Source of the DNA: Dimorphilus gyrociliatus
Taxonomy: Eukaryota; Animalia; Annelida
Assembly (NCBI GenBank): GCA_904063045.1
Contig: CAJFCJ010000010.1
Span: forward strand, 1,054,001 to 1,118,000
Direction of reading: 5' to 3'
Length of the DNA: 64,000 nt
Positions 13,001 through 26,377 of this stretch are shown piece after piece (the first letter of the stretch is position 1; every line of letters starts with the position of its first letter). The notes under the pieces were generated by a model that saw only the letters and a program-made list of their open reading frames with translations, searched no databases and was not told the DNA's origin. Position numbers and translations under genes: made by a program.

Positions 13001-14548
13001 AAAAGAAAAGAGGTATTCACAATGGTCAATTAAAGATATTTGTTCTCTAATGACTTACCTGTTAGTTTAGGAAGTATCAAATTTTTCATCAGAGATGAAA
13101 TTATAACAAGTGAATATTCTTCAGGCTTTTGACCTGAACTGGATATTTGGTTACGTAATGGATATCTAATAGCACCTCGAATAATTCGTAAATTTTTGAA
13201 AATAACATTTGTTTTCGGTAATTGCAGTTGAAAAATTAAAAGATATCCAGTTATTTCTTGTATAGAATCAAACATTGAAAAATCTGGATTATCTTCTTCC
13301 TTTAATCCTGATATCTCCAAATTGCCATCAATAATAACGCAATTTTTACCATTGCCATAATATTGTTTTAATGTTGAAAATTTATCGCTTGTAGATAGAC
13401 CATCAGCTGTCCCTTTGCAGACTGTATCAGGGAGGAGGGAAAAAAATGAAGAAGATATAATAAAAAATTTTAATTTTATATTGTTTTCTTATATAATTTA
13501 AATAAAAATTAATAAATAAAAACAACCATAGATAGATAGAATATTTGATAAAAGAAAAATTAGCCATAAAAATGTATACATCTATTTTTATAGATTCCCT
13601 TCCCTTTTTATTAAATCTGACAAACTATTAAGAAGTAGAAGATGGAAAAAAAATAGTGAATATAATAAATGATTGAACGGGAAGAATGGTTCAAATATGG
13701 TTTCATATTTCAATTATATTTTAGATGACAATTTCTTGCGAAATATTTCTTTTTTTTATATTAACATTAGCCATTTTGCTCTTGTTTACAAAACATTTAC
13801 AACTAGAAATTATATTGATATAGGAATTGGGAAACTGTCTCTACTGAATGATAGGATATGATAAGCTGCAATTAATTCCTGTAAACAAAAAAGTATCAAC
13901 CTAAAAATGGAATGAAATAGGAAACAAATGAACTTTATAAAAACAGGGGGAAATTACAACTTTTTTTTACAGTCATTTAACTATTTATAGTTAAAGGATA
14001 AATAATAAAAAATTAATCATATATCTATCTGCGTTTAATGAGTAATAATACGCATACTCAGTACACCTACACTATCTTATTGTAAAGAATTACTCTCTTG
14101 AATCTTTAAACAATTATTCGAAACTCTTCAACTTTTCGTTCATTCATAAAGGTTATATAGTATGTTCTATAAACTTTTATGATAGGTATTATATATTTAA
14201 TTAGATAGTTTTTATATAAATTTGACTTATAGTATAGACATAAAATTTTTTCTATTATTATTACAGTATTGTTAAAAAGGAATTGTTAGCTTATTTCTAA
14301 AAATAGAATAAGTTTCTAATTAATAATAAATTAGTAATTTTTATTTTTTATAAGTACCATGAAACATTCCATTTCATATAGTCCAAATTTTATGATTTGT
14401 TGCTCTATTATTTATAACTATTTAGACGTCTTTTAGGTAAAACGTTTTAGTTTGTCTACATTTTATCACCGCCTACATATACACTATTTATAAATATAGA
14501 TAAATTGTGTAGAATGAGTGCATGAAAGTGCATATATATACATAAATA

Positions 14549-14584
<36 letters not shown>

Positions 14585-17213
14585 TACATACGTTACCCAT
14601 TGATATTTAATCTTACAAAATTCTTAAACACGAATTATATACAATAAATGCGCAAGAAAGATAGAAATATCTTGCCTCCATTCCAATATTACATTACAGT
14701 ATTTTACCCTTAGCAAAGTATAATTTTTACGTATTTATACTGTATTATATAACCAGATAAATAATAATTAATATGCCATAACTGTATTTAAAAAACAAGT
14801 TTCTATTTATTTACAAGAAAAATACAAGTTATTATGAAAAAGGAAATTTATAAATGTACATGTAGAATTTTTATAGTACTAATAAAACGATAACTATTAC
14901 CACTATTCCATTATAATTGTTTCCTGTGGCGACTATTATTTATTATGCCATCTAGTTTGTGATTAATACATGTACAATTATACCCAATATCAAATAGATA
15001 GATATATAATATAGAATATGTTATATATCAAACTCTAACCTAGCTATATCATACGTGACTAAATAAACTTACTGTAAAAATTAGCTCACAGTACGCTGTT
15101 GCTTTAAGCCCAACGTAATTGGTAAGATTTATAGCTATAACAAGCAAAAAAATAACGAACATCTACTTTTACAGTCATTCTTTCTTTCTCTATCTATGCA
15201 ATTCCCTTTCTTTTTTTATCTATATAAGAAACATATCCTTTCTTCAGTCAGAGCCGAGAAAATTGGCATGTAAACCAATGTGGATAAAGCAAAGAAAAAA
15301 GATAAAACATGTGCAGAGAGTGTGTTCTCCTTTTCTATTAAGCCTAAAAGTTTTTATTATATAAAGAGATGAAGATAATTCGTACAATTGTAGTATTAGA
15401 TAAAGTCTTAAAAGATGCTCAAATATTGTTTAAAAGTAATTAAAAATGATAAATTTTCTAATAATAGTTTGCATCACAAAAAATACGTTACAGCAGTTCT
15501 TCTATCTCCCTTTTAATTATAAGGAAAAGTCAAGTTCATTTTAATATTTAACGACCTTCCAGAGTATCGTATTTTTTTAATACATATTTTCCATATGTTT
15601 GTGCCTGTAAAATGTATTTATACAAAATATTTTCAAACTATTTCGTACTCAGTTATCGAGTGAATTTGTATGTTATCCCCTACATTTTTAGAATTCTTTA
15701 ACAATATCTATTAATCTTGAGATATATAGGTTTTTTTTGCTAACTTTTAACCTAATAGGACAATCTAATAATATGATTTAGAAATAAAGGTCAAACGGAT
15801 TACATTATTGATGAAATTTAATTAAACTTCAACTGATTTTGTCCTACTAAATAAGAAATATTATAACTCTATACAGTAGTTAAACTGAATAATTTTCTGC
15901 TTATTAGACAAGATTTAAGTTTTGCGGTCATGCTTCATTGAATCATCATCGTATGCAATTTTTTGTAGAATTTATTGTATCGTATTTCGTTAAGCCTATT
16001 TGTTTCAAGTACTTGTTTATATTTAAAATACACCGCCCTTTTTTTTGGGAGAATTTAATGTTTTTTTTATTATTATTATTATCGTTATTCGGTCTTACAC
16101 ATTTTCCCCATCTTCCGGTTACTTAAGCAAAAAAATTGGTGAAGCTTAAATTAAAAATACTAATGTAGACAGTACAATAACAATACGATATTTTCATTCA
16201 ATACAGTAGAAAAAGTTGAAAAAGTTTCCCTAATTAACCAACTTAAAAAGAACATTACACCATTCATAAAGGGTTGATAAACAAACGTCTATTGCAACAG
16301 CGGTGTGTTTATACTCGAATTAAACAAGTGCAGCTTATTTATAAAAGAAGAGAACTTATAGCTAACGTGCTGGCATCAACCACTTGAAGGAAAAGAAAGC
16401 AACTTTACTAGAAAAGAAAATACAACATTTTCTACAATACTCCATTCATTTGTTTCCATTTTTGTATTGAAATTGGATATATGGATATACATATATATAT
16501 ATATATGCATATATCTATTTCTTAGTATACCTATTTAAATTGAATATTTTTAATATGTCAACTTAAAAGAAATAAAAATTAAAGAAGAAAAAAGTAAGGC
16601 TAATTAGCAATTTTAAAAAAGTTATGCATATTAATGCTTTTTAAAGTAGGAATTATTGTTTCTGCTTTAAAATTTATCGTTTTGTTTTTGGTAAGAATAG
16701 CCACAGCTGTTAACTTTGTGTGCAAAGTATTTTTTTTAAATAAACAAGGTTACACTAAAAAATGAAATGTTCTTATTTTTTGTTTTGTTTTAAAAGACGT
16801 GTAAAAAAAAAATATTAAAAAAATAACAGAAAAAACACCAAAATATCTATTGAAATAAAAGTATATAAAGTTAGACAAAGAAGAACAAAATATTTCTCAA
16901 ACCTCTCGTATCGTCCAAATGGGTAACTAGATGCATAACCAAATACAATTTATCAGCCTAACTCTTTTAATTTTATCTTTATAATTATATTAATTTTTCT
17001 TATTTAAATACAAGTATTAGCTAATTATTAATAAATAAAATAACGCTAAAAACATTTATTAATTAATTCAATATTATATCTAAGACTTTTTTTTTTAAAT
17101 CTAAGTAATATGTATGAAATTGGAAAGATAAAGAATAAAATACACTTACTTTCAACATCCGCAAATACTATAGAAGGCAATAAAAGGATTATTAAAACGG
17201 CAGCGATATTCAT
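4046..17213 (-). CDS. EGFR: Epidermal growth factor receptor (EGFR/ErbB receptor tyrosine kinase), 26 coding exons, about 1358 or 1395 aa depending on the exon 25 donor
   Basis: Exons (minus strand): 17150-17213 (signal peptide [18 protein letters not shown]), 13059-13421, 12851-12991, 12724-12786, 12546-12661, 12343-12484, 12156-12269, 11962-12082, 11777-11908, 11359-11624, 11179-11287, 10866-11110, 9630-9820, 9306-9548, 8954-9069, 8765-8887 ([26 protein letters not shown]), 8315-8549, 8048-8245, 7911-7974, 7752-7843, 7605-7680, 7282-7526, 7017-7178, 6807-6925, 5115(or 5004)-5245, 4046-4251. All junction phases match. L1/furin-like/L2/Cys-rich ectodomain; kinase motifs [34 protein letters not shown]; tail motifs RYSSEP and VENPEY. 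Confidence 0.97.
6515..6528 (+). promoter_or_regulatory. Putative CTCF-like site (GCGGTAGATGGCGTA) in EGFR intron 24
   Basis: Core AGATGGCG at 6519-6526 resembles the established CTCF consensus; the function is inferred. Confidence 0.35.
14552..14582. repeat. (TA)n microsatellite in EGFR intron 1
   Basis: Perfect TA run seen directly. Confidence 0.95.
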
Positions 17214-17285
17214 TGTTTTAAAAGTAGCATAACATAGATGAATGGTATAATTTCTTGTTAAGATAGTTCGAAATCTTGTTTTATC

Positions 17286-17445
17286 TTATATATACATATA
17301 TGTATATATTACGTATATACATCAATATATATATATATATAAAAACATATATATATATATATATATACGTATGTATTAATATATATACATTAATATATAT
17401 TTATGGAGAGAGAGGGAGAGAGAGAGGAAGAGAGAGAGAAAAAGA
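17286..17445. repeat. TA-rich and (GA)n low-complexity tract just upstream of the EGFR start codon (probable promoter or 5' UTR region)
   Basis: tatatata runs followed by ggagagagagggagagagagaggaagagagagag, 70-230 bp upstream of the ATG at 17213. Confidence 0.7.
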
Positions 17446-17829
17446 GTAGAGTAGGTTGATTGCGATGTGAAGTATATAATTCGTGGTGATCTGAAAGCAA
17501 AAAAAAGGGCAAAGTATATATCATATTTCAATTAATTAACCATATTTAATGAAAAGAAAAAGTAAAACTATAATACAAAACTGATGTTGGGTTTATAATA
17601 AATTATTTCTACTCTCAATCGTTTAATAATAGACCATTTTATCAGACGTATAAATTATTAATCATCATTTCTTCTAAACAAAACTTTTTAGCAATTCATA
17701 ATAGTGAAATAATTCATATTTAAAGTTTTTCTCCCTTCAACTACGTCATTTTACATTGCAGTAGCGAAAATTAATACTCTTGAACTAATTATATGTATTT
17801 AGATATACTAAATAATTCTATAACAATAA

Positions 17830-19920
17830 ATGACAAACGAGAATTCTACTATAAGGTAATATCGCCAAAAGAGAAAGTAAAGGCATAGTTGATAAATGTA
17901 CTAGCCGCCTATAAGAATTCATATAAAAGTGACCTTTGAATAATGATGATAGAACGAAACAATTACTTGTAATATATTTATTCTATGAGTTTTTATAAAT
18001 GGATATGTTTAGATATGGCAACTAACTTTCCCTATTTCTATTTATATATTATAAGTTCATAGCAAATATAAACTTTTATAAGGTATAAAGAGCATTAAAT
18101 ATAATTTTTATATGTCGTGCTAAAAAATAAAAGTTATATAAAAAATTGATTTGTAAAGAATTTCTCCATTTAAAAATTCTTATATTATTAAACAATTTAC
18201 TATTATTTGCCTTCTATTGAGTAAACACTTTCCGATGTTTGACAGTTGTTCTATGATTGAGAGAAGCTCTCTTCTACAACTCATTACGGTAAGTAATTAC
18301 CATAGTATTTATATTTTATACAATCTGATAAAATTGATTATTTAAACGTTCAAACCTTTTGCCTAAACGTTGAAGTTGAAGAGTAAAGAGACAACCTCTA
18401 GGCAACCATTATATCAAAAGCATCTATCATATAAAACAAACAATACGAACACGTAATGCCTATAAAAAGTTTGTCACTATTCTCTTTATGACCATAAAAT
18501 AGAGAATGAAAAGTGTTTATTGTTTATTAGAACAAGAAGAAGAAAAAAACAAAATATTCTTGCCTAAAGCTACAAATTGTAGTTTAGATATTGATGATGT
18601 TGAAAAAGAAAGCTTAGCTGATAAAATGAGTCTATGGGCTGAAGAATCAAGAGAGAAAAAAAACTCACAAAAGAAACAAACAAGAGTATTTGATAGAACT
18701 GCAGTGGTATGCAAAGTTTATTTTATAGATATATATGCTGTATATCCGTATACGATTAGTATCAGCTAAATTAGAAAGAGCTATAGTTTACTATTAAACC
18801 AGTATACGTATAATTAATCTATTGTCTACTCTTTTTGCTGTCTATCTAAACAATAGGTAAAAAATAAATTAAAATATGTTACTATAAATAACGCATTACT
18901 CAATCTTTCAATCAAGTAAAAGACTATAATAGCAGGAATGAAAAGAATAGAATGTTTTCTTGTAAAATTATGTAAATAGTAAAACAATTTATGAGAAAAG
19001 GAAAAAGCGAAAAGATAGATCGAAAAAGGGAGAAATGATCTAGATAAAGAGATGGTGATGATAAAGGAAGGAAAATAAAAGATTCTGTATTCTCATCTTA
19101 AACTGCAAATTGAAAGTGAAATGTTTTTCCCTAGATAAACAAAAAAAAAACCTAGACTATATATTCATTCCCCATGTTAATTCTTTTTAAACTATAAAAC
19201 TCTTATACATATCTTGCAAATTTATTCACTTTTTAAATTTGTTAAGTTAATGAAATTGTCATAAACAATTCATTTAATGTATGGTTTTATAAGGATAAGT
19301 GAAAAATAGGAAAATTCCTCTCTTGTTTGGGCCACTAAATCAAATAGAATATTTAAATATGAAAAGATTCATACTAATAAGAAAGAAGGAAGTCAAAGAC
19401 AAATAAGAATCTTGTGCAAGCTTTTTCCATTTATCATTTAGCATCGGTTTACATTGTCTGTGAATGTCTAAACCTTTTTCAATAAGGTTATTTGTGCTAT
19501 ATGGATTGAAAACAGACGATGAATAGGACAACTATGATATCTGTTTAGATATACGAGCAAAGGAATAGATGATCGAAAATAGAAATTTGAAACCCTTGCC
19601 AACTGATAACGAATTAGGAGACAAGATAACAATGCTCTTACTCAACATCTAAACTTGAACACTCCAGTGACATTTTTGCCGGATGTTGCCTATCAAGTGA
19701 ATAGAAATCTAGTTCAAATTTCCTTTTTATCTTTAAAAATATTGTTTTATGTCGTTTTTCTTTAGTTCGTTCACTCAACAACGCTCGTCTAATTTCTTTT
19801 ATCCCTCTCATACACACACACACACACATACAAACACACACGTATACACAATCCTTTTATTATAATAGTAGTTTATTTCTTCCTCTATAGGACGTCTTAC
19901 AATCTGAACAAACTCTTTAA
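17830..19920 (+). CDS. Putative small orphan protein (about 100 aa), 4 exons: 17830-17855, 18246-18288, 18503-18706, 19891-19920
   Basis: Donors AG|GTAATA, ACG|GTAAGT and GTG|GTATGC and acceptors tttgacag, aaaatag and ttcctctatag give a phase-consistent chain MTNENSTISCSMIERSSLLQLITRMKSVYCLLEQEEEKNKIFLPKATNCSLDIDDVEKESLADKMSLWAEESREKKNSQKKQTRVFDRTAVDVLQSEQTL*. No family recognised. Confidence 0.4.
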
Positions 19921-20365
19921 GCAGCACTCTCTAGCATACATGCTAAAAATGCTCTCAATGTCTTTCGTACAATTTCATTGTTTATAGATAAGAAATGGAG
20001 GATATAAGTATAGTTAGGTTACAGATTAGATCATTTGTTTATAATAAATTTTATATTTTATCGAATGTCACAATATTATTAAATATTATATGAAATAGAC
20101 AACTCACCTTTTCTTGTTAAAAACAGTATAAACGATTATATTTGTAAAAAGTTAAAATATTTGTGAACGAATACAATTTTGAGAGAAAATCCAGTTTAAT
20201 CAATTGTTATCCGAAAGAAATAGGCCACCAAGTCAATATACTGCACTTACTGCTTGATAAGTCATAGTATGTAATATGAATTAGGTAGGCTTAGAAACGC
20301 TGAATTGTAATAATGCTTAAGGTCTTGCTGAATATTTCGACTCGTATGAGCGTAGGCCATAAACA

Positions 20366-20394
20366 TTACGTGACGTCACTACTTCTCAACCAAT
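20366..20394 (+). promoter_or_regulatory. Perfect CRE palindrome (TGACGTCA, 20371-20378) followed by a CCAAT box (20390-20394)
   Basis: Motifs seen directly in a locally GC-richer intergenic patch; the target gene is unknown. Confidence 0.35.
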
Positions 20395-20642
20395 CAACGT
20401 TGATTGTATCATTTGGGAACCATTATGCCAGCGGTCCTATATTTTTTGTATTTTTGTTTTGCTACTTTGAGTCTAGGGAATAGGTTTTGAATCGATCCAC
20501 TCACAAATATCTATCGATTATATTTGCGGGATAGCTCTCATTAAGTGCAAATACTTCGATTTTTTAAATCCAATATTTAGAACTAATCTTCAAAACTGTA
20601 TTAAATATATAGGTGTCGCAATTCTTCAATATTAAATATAAA

Positions 20643-20656
20643 GCGCCATCTGTATT
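20643..20656 (-). promoter_or_regulatory. Putative CTCF-like site (AGATGGCGC on the minus strand)
   Basis: gcgccatct at 20643-20651. Confidence 0.35.
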
Positions 20657-23117
20657 ATAATATATAAAAACTAGTTATGAAGATTAACTACTTAGAAAGC
20701 AGAAGAAATAGAGAATGACTTTATGAGAAGAATGTTAAGAACATTCCTCTTGAAGTTGAATTTATTTGAAAATTAAGATAAACTAAATCAAAAACAGATA
20801 TAACAATATTCCAGACATATGATTAATCTGTCTTACATAAACTTGCTCATCTTTCTCTTTCTCTTTCTCTCTCTCTCTCCCTCTCTTTTAATAGAATACA
20901 ATTATTCTACGTACAATGAAAAGGGTATTTTCCCATTCTGAACTGTACAAATCAATCACTTACATTTGAAAACGAAAGTAAAAAGAAGAAAAAGAATATT
21001 TTTCCTATTATCAAATAAATAAATCATCTTGGTTGAAAATCTAGGAAAATAGGAAACTCTTAAGATAAATAATTAACAGAATGTCTATTAAAGAGTTCCA
21101 AGTTAATGAAAATAACGAGGTATAAGGACAACTATTTTTAAATATAGAGATCAGTGCAAAAATGCAACAACAGCTAAAATAAAACTGATTACATAGCTAA
21201 TTTCTGTAGGGGCTAATTGTTTGGTTTTGATAATTTATCAATTATAATACTATCAATATCTCACACACGTATTCTGAATATTATAAAATATAGAAAACAT
21301 GACTTTATAGTATATCATGTATTTTATTAAAATGTATATACTGTATATATATATGCTGTATATATAAATTTATATTTAGATTATCCAGTAGGGGGAAAAA
21401 CTACATAAACAGTAAAATCTATATTCACTCTTGAATAATAGGATTATCTAGTTGGTAACTGAACTATGCTCTAAATTATAGCTGTCACCTTTAAGAGCAT
21501 GAATTGAAAGAAAATAGTTGGCCCTTACAGTATGAATCTAGTGTTCGCCTTCATTTTTAGTTTTAGTAGTGCTCTAGCAGTTTGTTTTTTGAAGAAAACC
21601 CTCCTCTGATGCACAATAATTCCACTTTAAGAGTAATCTTTAAAGAGAATTGTTTTCTCTTGTTTGAGATAGTGTTAAGTTAAAATCAAACCTTTTGAAT
21701 TAATTTAATTGTATCTGGAAAGGTGACATTATTCTAAGTTAAATTTATGAATACTGTACCATTTACAATAAAATTCTCCTTCTAATAATATTACCTGATG
21801 ACTAAATGTATATATCACTAGATCACATAGTACTTGTTGACTAAAATACATGACAGGAGCCTATTGCCAATAACATACTAACGTTCTTAAAATGTTTAGA
21901 TAACACTTTTATCTATCAAAACTTTATAAAAGAAGAGTCCTAAATTAGATATTGCAAAGTTCCTTTCGAGCAAAAGAATTTAATGAAGTCTTTAGTAAAT
22001 GTAGAATTCTGTAAATAGCATAGATTTTAAAAATAGCTTGATAGTTTAAATACTATGGACATATAAATAGATATACTTAGATATAAATATGCATATCATA
22101 ACTCCAAGTTTCAAATGATTGTTCATAAATTTTCCACGTTTCTTCACTCCAAAAGTATGCAATTTAGCATGGAATATTTAATCAGAATATTCTAGTAGTT
22201 GAGTTGTTAGAAGTTTTCGGCGGTATGGCATAAAAATATCTTGTCAATTACAAGTAATTCTTAAGTAACATGTCAGCAAAAATTGCGGAAAACCAATTAT
22301 TTGCTTCCCAAAAAAAGGTACCAAATTTGCTTTTACATATATCTATTATAGTAAGCTATATTCTCCAATTGAAAACTCTTTGCTCATACTTAGCATAAAC
22401 TGTAGACATGTTTATAAATAAACTTTGGAATATATTGTGTCTTCTTATGGTTTTTTACATTAATTTATTGTCTTGAATTTGTGTAAATGATGAATTATTT
22501 ATAAAAAAAAAAGTATATCTAAGCGTAGACACCCTGAGAACAAATTTTTGAGACAATCGATTTTAAATTTGCTGAATAATTTCACGGTAATGACTTTTAA
22601 CAATAATCTTTAATACCTTTTCAAATGAAATGGTTAAATATTGGTTATTTATTTATAGAATTCTTTTTTAAAAATAATCCCTACCAGCGATTTGTATAGT
22701 TCATATTTTTTTGTCATTGCCTTATTAATCTTATTGTATGAAAAATATGAAAATATAGTTTATCTCTTTTCTCTCTTTCTCTCTTCTTTTCTCTTTTTTA
22801 TGATAAATATTTATTATGAAGATAGGCGTTAATGTAAGATACGACGATTGGTTGATTACTTTAATTGAAAAAAAGAAAAATAATCGGATAATTATGAAAT
22901 TTAGTTTTCAATTGTAGTAAAATGTATTATAAATGAAATATTCAGCTAATAATACTGTAACTAAAGTTCTTTAAAAATACAAGTTAACGCATATTTCATT
23001 ATACGATAAATACAGTAGACAATTATTATTATTATACTTTCGTTAATATCACGAAATCAGGCTACATATCTTTTAAACATTACCAAGTTTTAGTATATAA
23101 TTTATACATTCTCTCTT

Positions 23118-23161
<44 letters not shown>
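23118..23161. repeat. Compound (CT)n(AT)n microsatellite
   Basis: Seen directly. Confidence 0.95.
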
Positions 23162-23166
<5 letters not shown>

Positions 23167-24184
23167 TAGGATATTTTAGGAAAAGAATTCGTGAGAATAA
23201 AGAACGAACTTATTGTCCTACTTCTGTGCCTCTAATTTGCGAATTTTTTCATTATAATGAGTATATTATAAAACAGTAAAATTTATTATTGTCAAGTTTT
23301 TTCAACATTAACACACACCAAATATAGAAGTTACTTTTTCAAGTTAAAGAATTCTTTATTGTTTTCATCAAATCAAATCTAAAATTGTCATTCTTTCCTA
23401 TAAAAGATTTACTTGTGAGCTTATTCTATTCATAGAAATTCGTCTATTAGATTAGTACATTATTGTATTTTCTGTTCTAATTTGATCGTTTGGTAGGCGA
23501 GTTTGTAGTCATGTTCGTATAGTTAGGACAAAGTTTAAAACTATTTATAATTGATTGAGATATCAAAATCAATACTATATACTTGTATATATAGTATATT
23601 AACGGTAAGTACATTACTATTTCTTTTAAATGTAGCATTTATCTTATTAATGTTATCTTAACCATTGTATGAAAAGAGAAGTGAATGCAAATTCTGAATT
23701 CTGACATATTCAACGATAATTTCAATTAACCACGGAAATTTGTTTTTACAATTCTTTTGACGGAGAGAAACTTTATTTATAGAACTCAAATTATTCTTGC
23801 TACTGAATTATTAATTTGTTAAAGCTCATTAATTGTTTTGATCTTTTATTTAAGTTTATTTTTCCTGCTAAAGATGGTCCAAGAACTCTTTTAAAACAGA
23901 ATATTAATATTAAACCACTCCTTTAAAAGTATACACTGCTAACATCAGGAAGATATTCGGAGAAAAAATATTCATATATATATAATATGTATATATATAT
24001 ATTTGTTGATATAGATAGATTGAAAGAAGTGGGATAAAGGAAGCACTTAGCATCTCTACCACGCACTGGGCTGTCATTGGTAAAGATAAACATAAATAAA
24101 TTAACATTTCATAATCTTTTTGATGTATATAAACAGTTTTGTCTTCCTGAAAGTAGTACTAACACTTCTGTAAGGAAGATAGTT

Positions 24185-24428
24185 ATGAAGTTCTATATAC
24201 TCATACTGTTATTTATTATTGTAATAAACTGCAATGTTTATGGGTCCACTTTCGATAAAGATTATATAAGTCGTTTACTTAAAATAAGAAATGGCGACAA
24301 TGATTCACAATTGAATGAGAATAAAGTAAGTTAATCTTGGAATTTGTTTAAAATTATTAGTTTGTGGAATATTGAAAAAGTCAAATAAATTTTCGGCATT
24401 TATGTATATAATGTATATCTTTAGAAAG

Positions 24429-24468
<40 letters not shown>

Positions 24469-25150
24469 GAACAACTGGACTAACTGGACTATATAAATTA
24501 TTATATTATATTTTAATTGACAAAATAGTAACAATTACTCAATAACATGTTCTAAGATAATAACAATAACAAAGGAAATGAAAATAATAAGTCACGAAGA
24601 GACAAGATATGAATTAGATACATATTTGTATACGTGAACGTATACGTGAAAAATGAAAAATCGAGTAATTAGTTGCTCAAATATATATATAGGACTATTT
24701 CTTAAAGAAGGAAATCTTAAAGAATATAAAGAATATAAATAAATGCTATTTATAACTGATGTTAGTTTTTATATAATAAATAATAACCTAACAAATTATT
24801 TACGTAACAATTTAATACACATTATACAATTGTAAATCATTTGAAAAATTTAAAAGAAATCTTATACAGTACATATAATTATCTCATTTCAGGTTATTCT
24901 AAGGGATGCTCAGGATATGATTGGGAACTCACCTTGGAAAGGTTACTCAGAAACCCTCAAGAAAAAAATGGATCTTCTAGGTTTAATTCTAAAACGAAAT
25001 TTAAAGAAAGCATCTCAGAAACGTATGTATGATTTAGGTATGAATTATGATTTACAATTTAGAGGCATTAAAATATCTATAGTATCTTTTCTTTTCCATA
25101 TAATCACTGTAGGACTTTGCATTTGGAAAGCCTGCCCACCGGAAAGATAA
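24185..25150 (+). CDS. Neuropeptide precursor of the somatostatin/urotensin-II-related type, 3 exons (24185-24325, 24893-25022, 25113-25150), 102 aa; predicted mature peptide LCIWKACPPE(R)
   Basis: Signal peptide MKFYILILLFIIVINCNVYG; donors AAA|GTAAGT (phase 0) and AAAC|GTATGT (phase 1); acceptors catttcag and cactgtag. The spliced C-terminus is ...KKASQKR LCIWKACPPER*: a dibasic KR site followed by a 6-residue Cys ring CIWKAC, comparable to vertebrate urotensin II CFWKYC and the Aplysia UII-like CLWKVC. Confidence 0.88.
24432..24464. repeat. (AG)n microsatellite in intron 1 of the neuropeptide gene
   Basis: Seen directly. Confidence 0.95.
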
Positions 25151-26377
25151 AATATATATAGATATCTTCACACAAATTGGCTTTAACTTTCACAAGTAGA
25201 ACAAAAAAAGAAGTTTTCTGTAATATTTTTAATCGATTTATAACCTAAAATATATTTTTAGAAAGTTATTTTTTTGAATGTGTTGGCCAATTCGTACAAA
25301 CAAACAAAAGGAATACAAGTCTCAGCATTGTATGAATTATTTATAATATATTAAAAGAAGAATATTTTAGATATAGGATCTTGTTTGATAATTTCTGTAC
25401 GCTGTACAATAAACTTATTCTAAATGTTCTATTATAATTTCAAGCAAAAGACCCTTCCCCATCCCAACTTTTTTCCTGTTTCTCGACCTCTATTTTAACC
25501 ATCTTTACATTTTCTTTTGTACATAAATGAAGAGACTCAATACTATCTTCTTAGTTCTTCATAACTTTACAAAAAAGATATGTAGAATGGATAAATAATT
25601 CAGTTTTTTCGTTTACGCATATAGTATTATTCCTTTTTATAGTATTATATCTTTTTCATATTTTTGCTTTGATTGCAACAAAAATAGCTATATTTAATAT
25701 TTCCCATCGAAACATTAAAATTAAGTTCTTAATAAGAGACACAAAGTAACTAATAGACTGTGACGAACCATCATAAATGATTAGTATATTGAATATTGTC
25801 AATACATCAACAGTTCTGTTTTATCATATTTATATGTGTCATAAGATCAAGGTATTATGAATATAAGTAACTTTTACAAAGAATATTCTATTGAGAGAAA
25901 AGTATATTTATATATTGGATAGTGCAGAATATTTGACACAATGATTTACTACCGCTTTACCTATCATTAATGTATAAAATGACTAGAGTTGCTATGCAAT
26001 CTCACTATGTACCTATTATATAAATATTTTCAATCTTTAATTCTTTAATTCTTCAATTTACCCGTATCTTTCATTCTGGATTTCTTTCTTCTCTTTCTCT
26101 CTTTCTATCTCCTCTCTACCCATTTCTCTTTTTAACATTTTTCTTAGAAAATAAGGCAAATACTTAGTAAAATGGAAAATCTAATATTGTTTCAGACCTA
26201 AGTTAATACTTTTTGAATCGAAAAGTTAAGCTATAAAAAATACAACTTACTCTAATCTGATAGTCTTTTTTAACGAAATAAGGACATCAAAGCATTTGCA
26301 TTTCTGTTATCGTTTTTTCTCTCCTCGAAATACATACTTGTTTAAGACTGATAGATCAACAACAGAAAGCTTATACT

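Noticed and set aside
19340-19841. Minus-strand ORFs with a GTAAGA donor at about 19640 and an acceptor at about 19540
   Set aside because: The phase-compatible frame stops after about 25 codons, the longer frame is not phase-compatible, and the 5' part derives from a (CA)n repeat.
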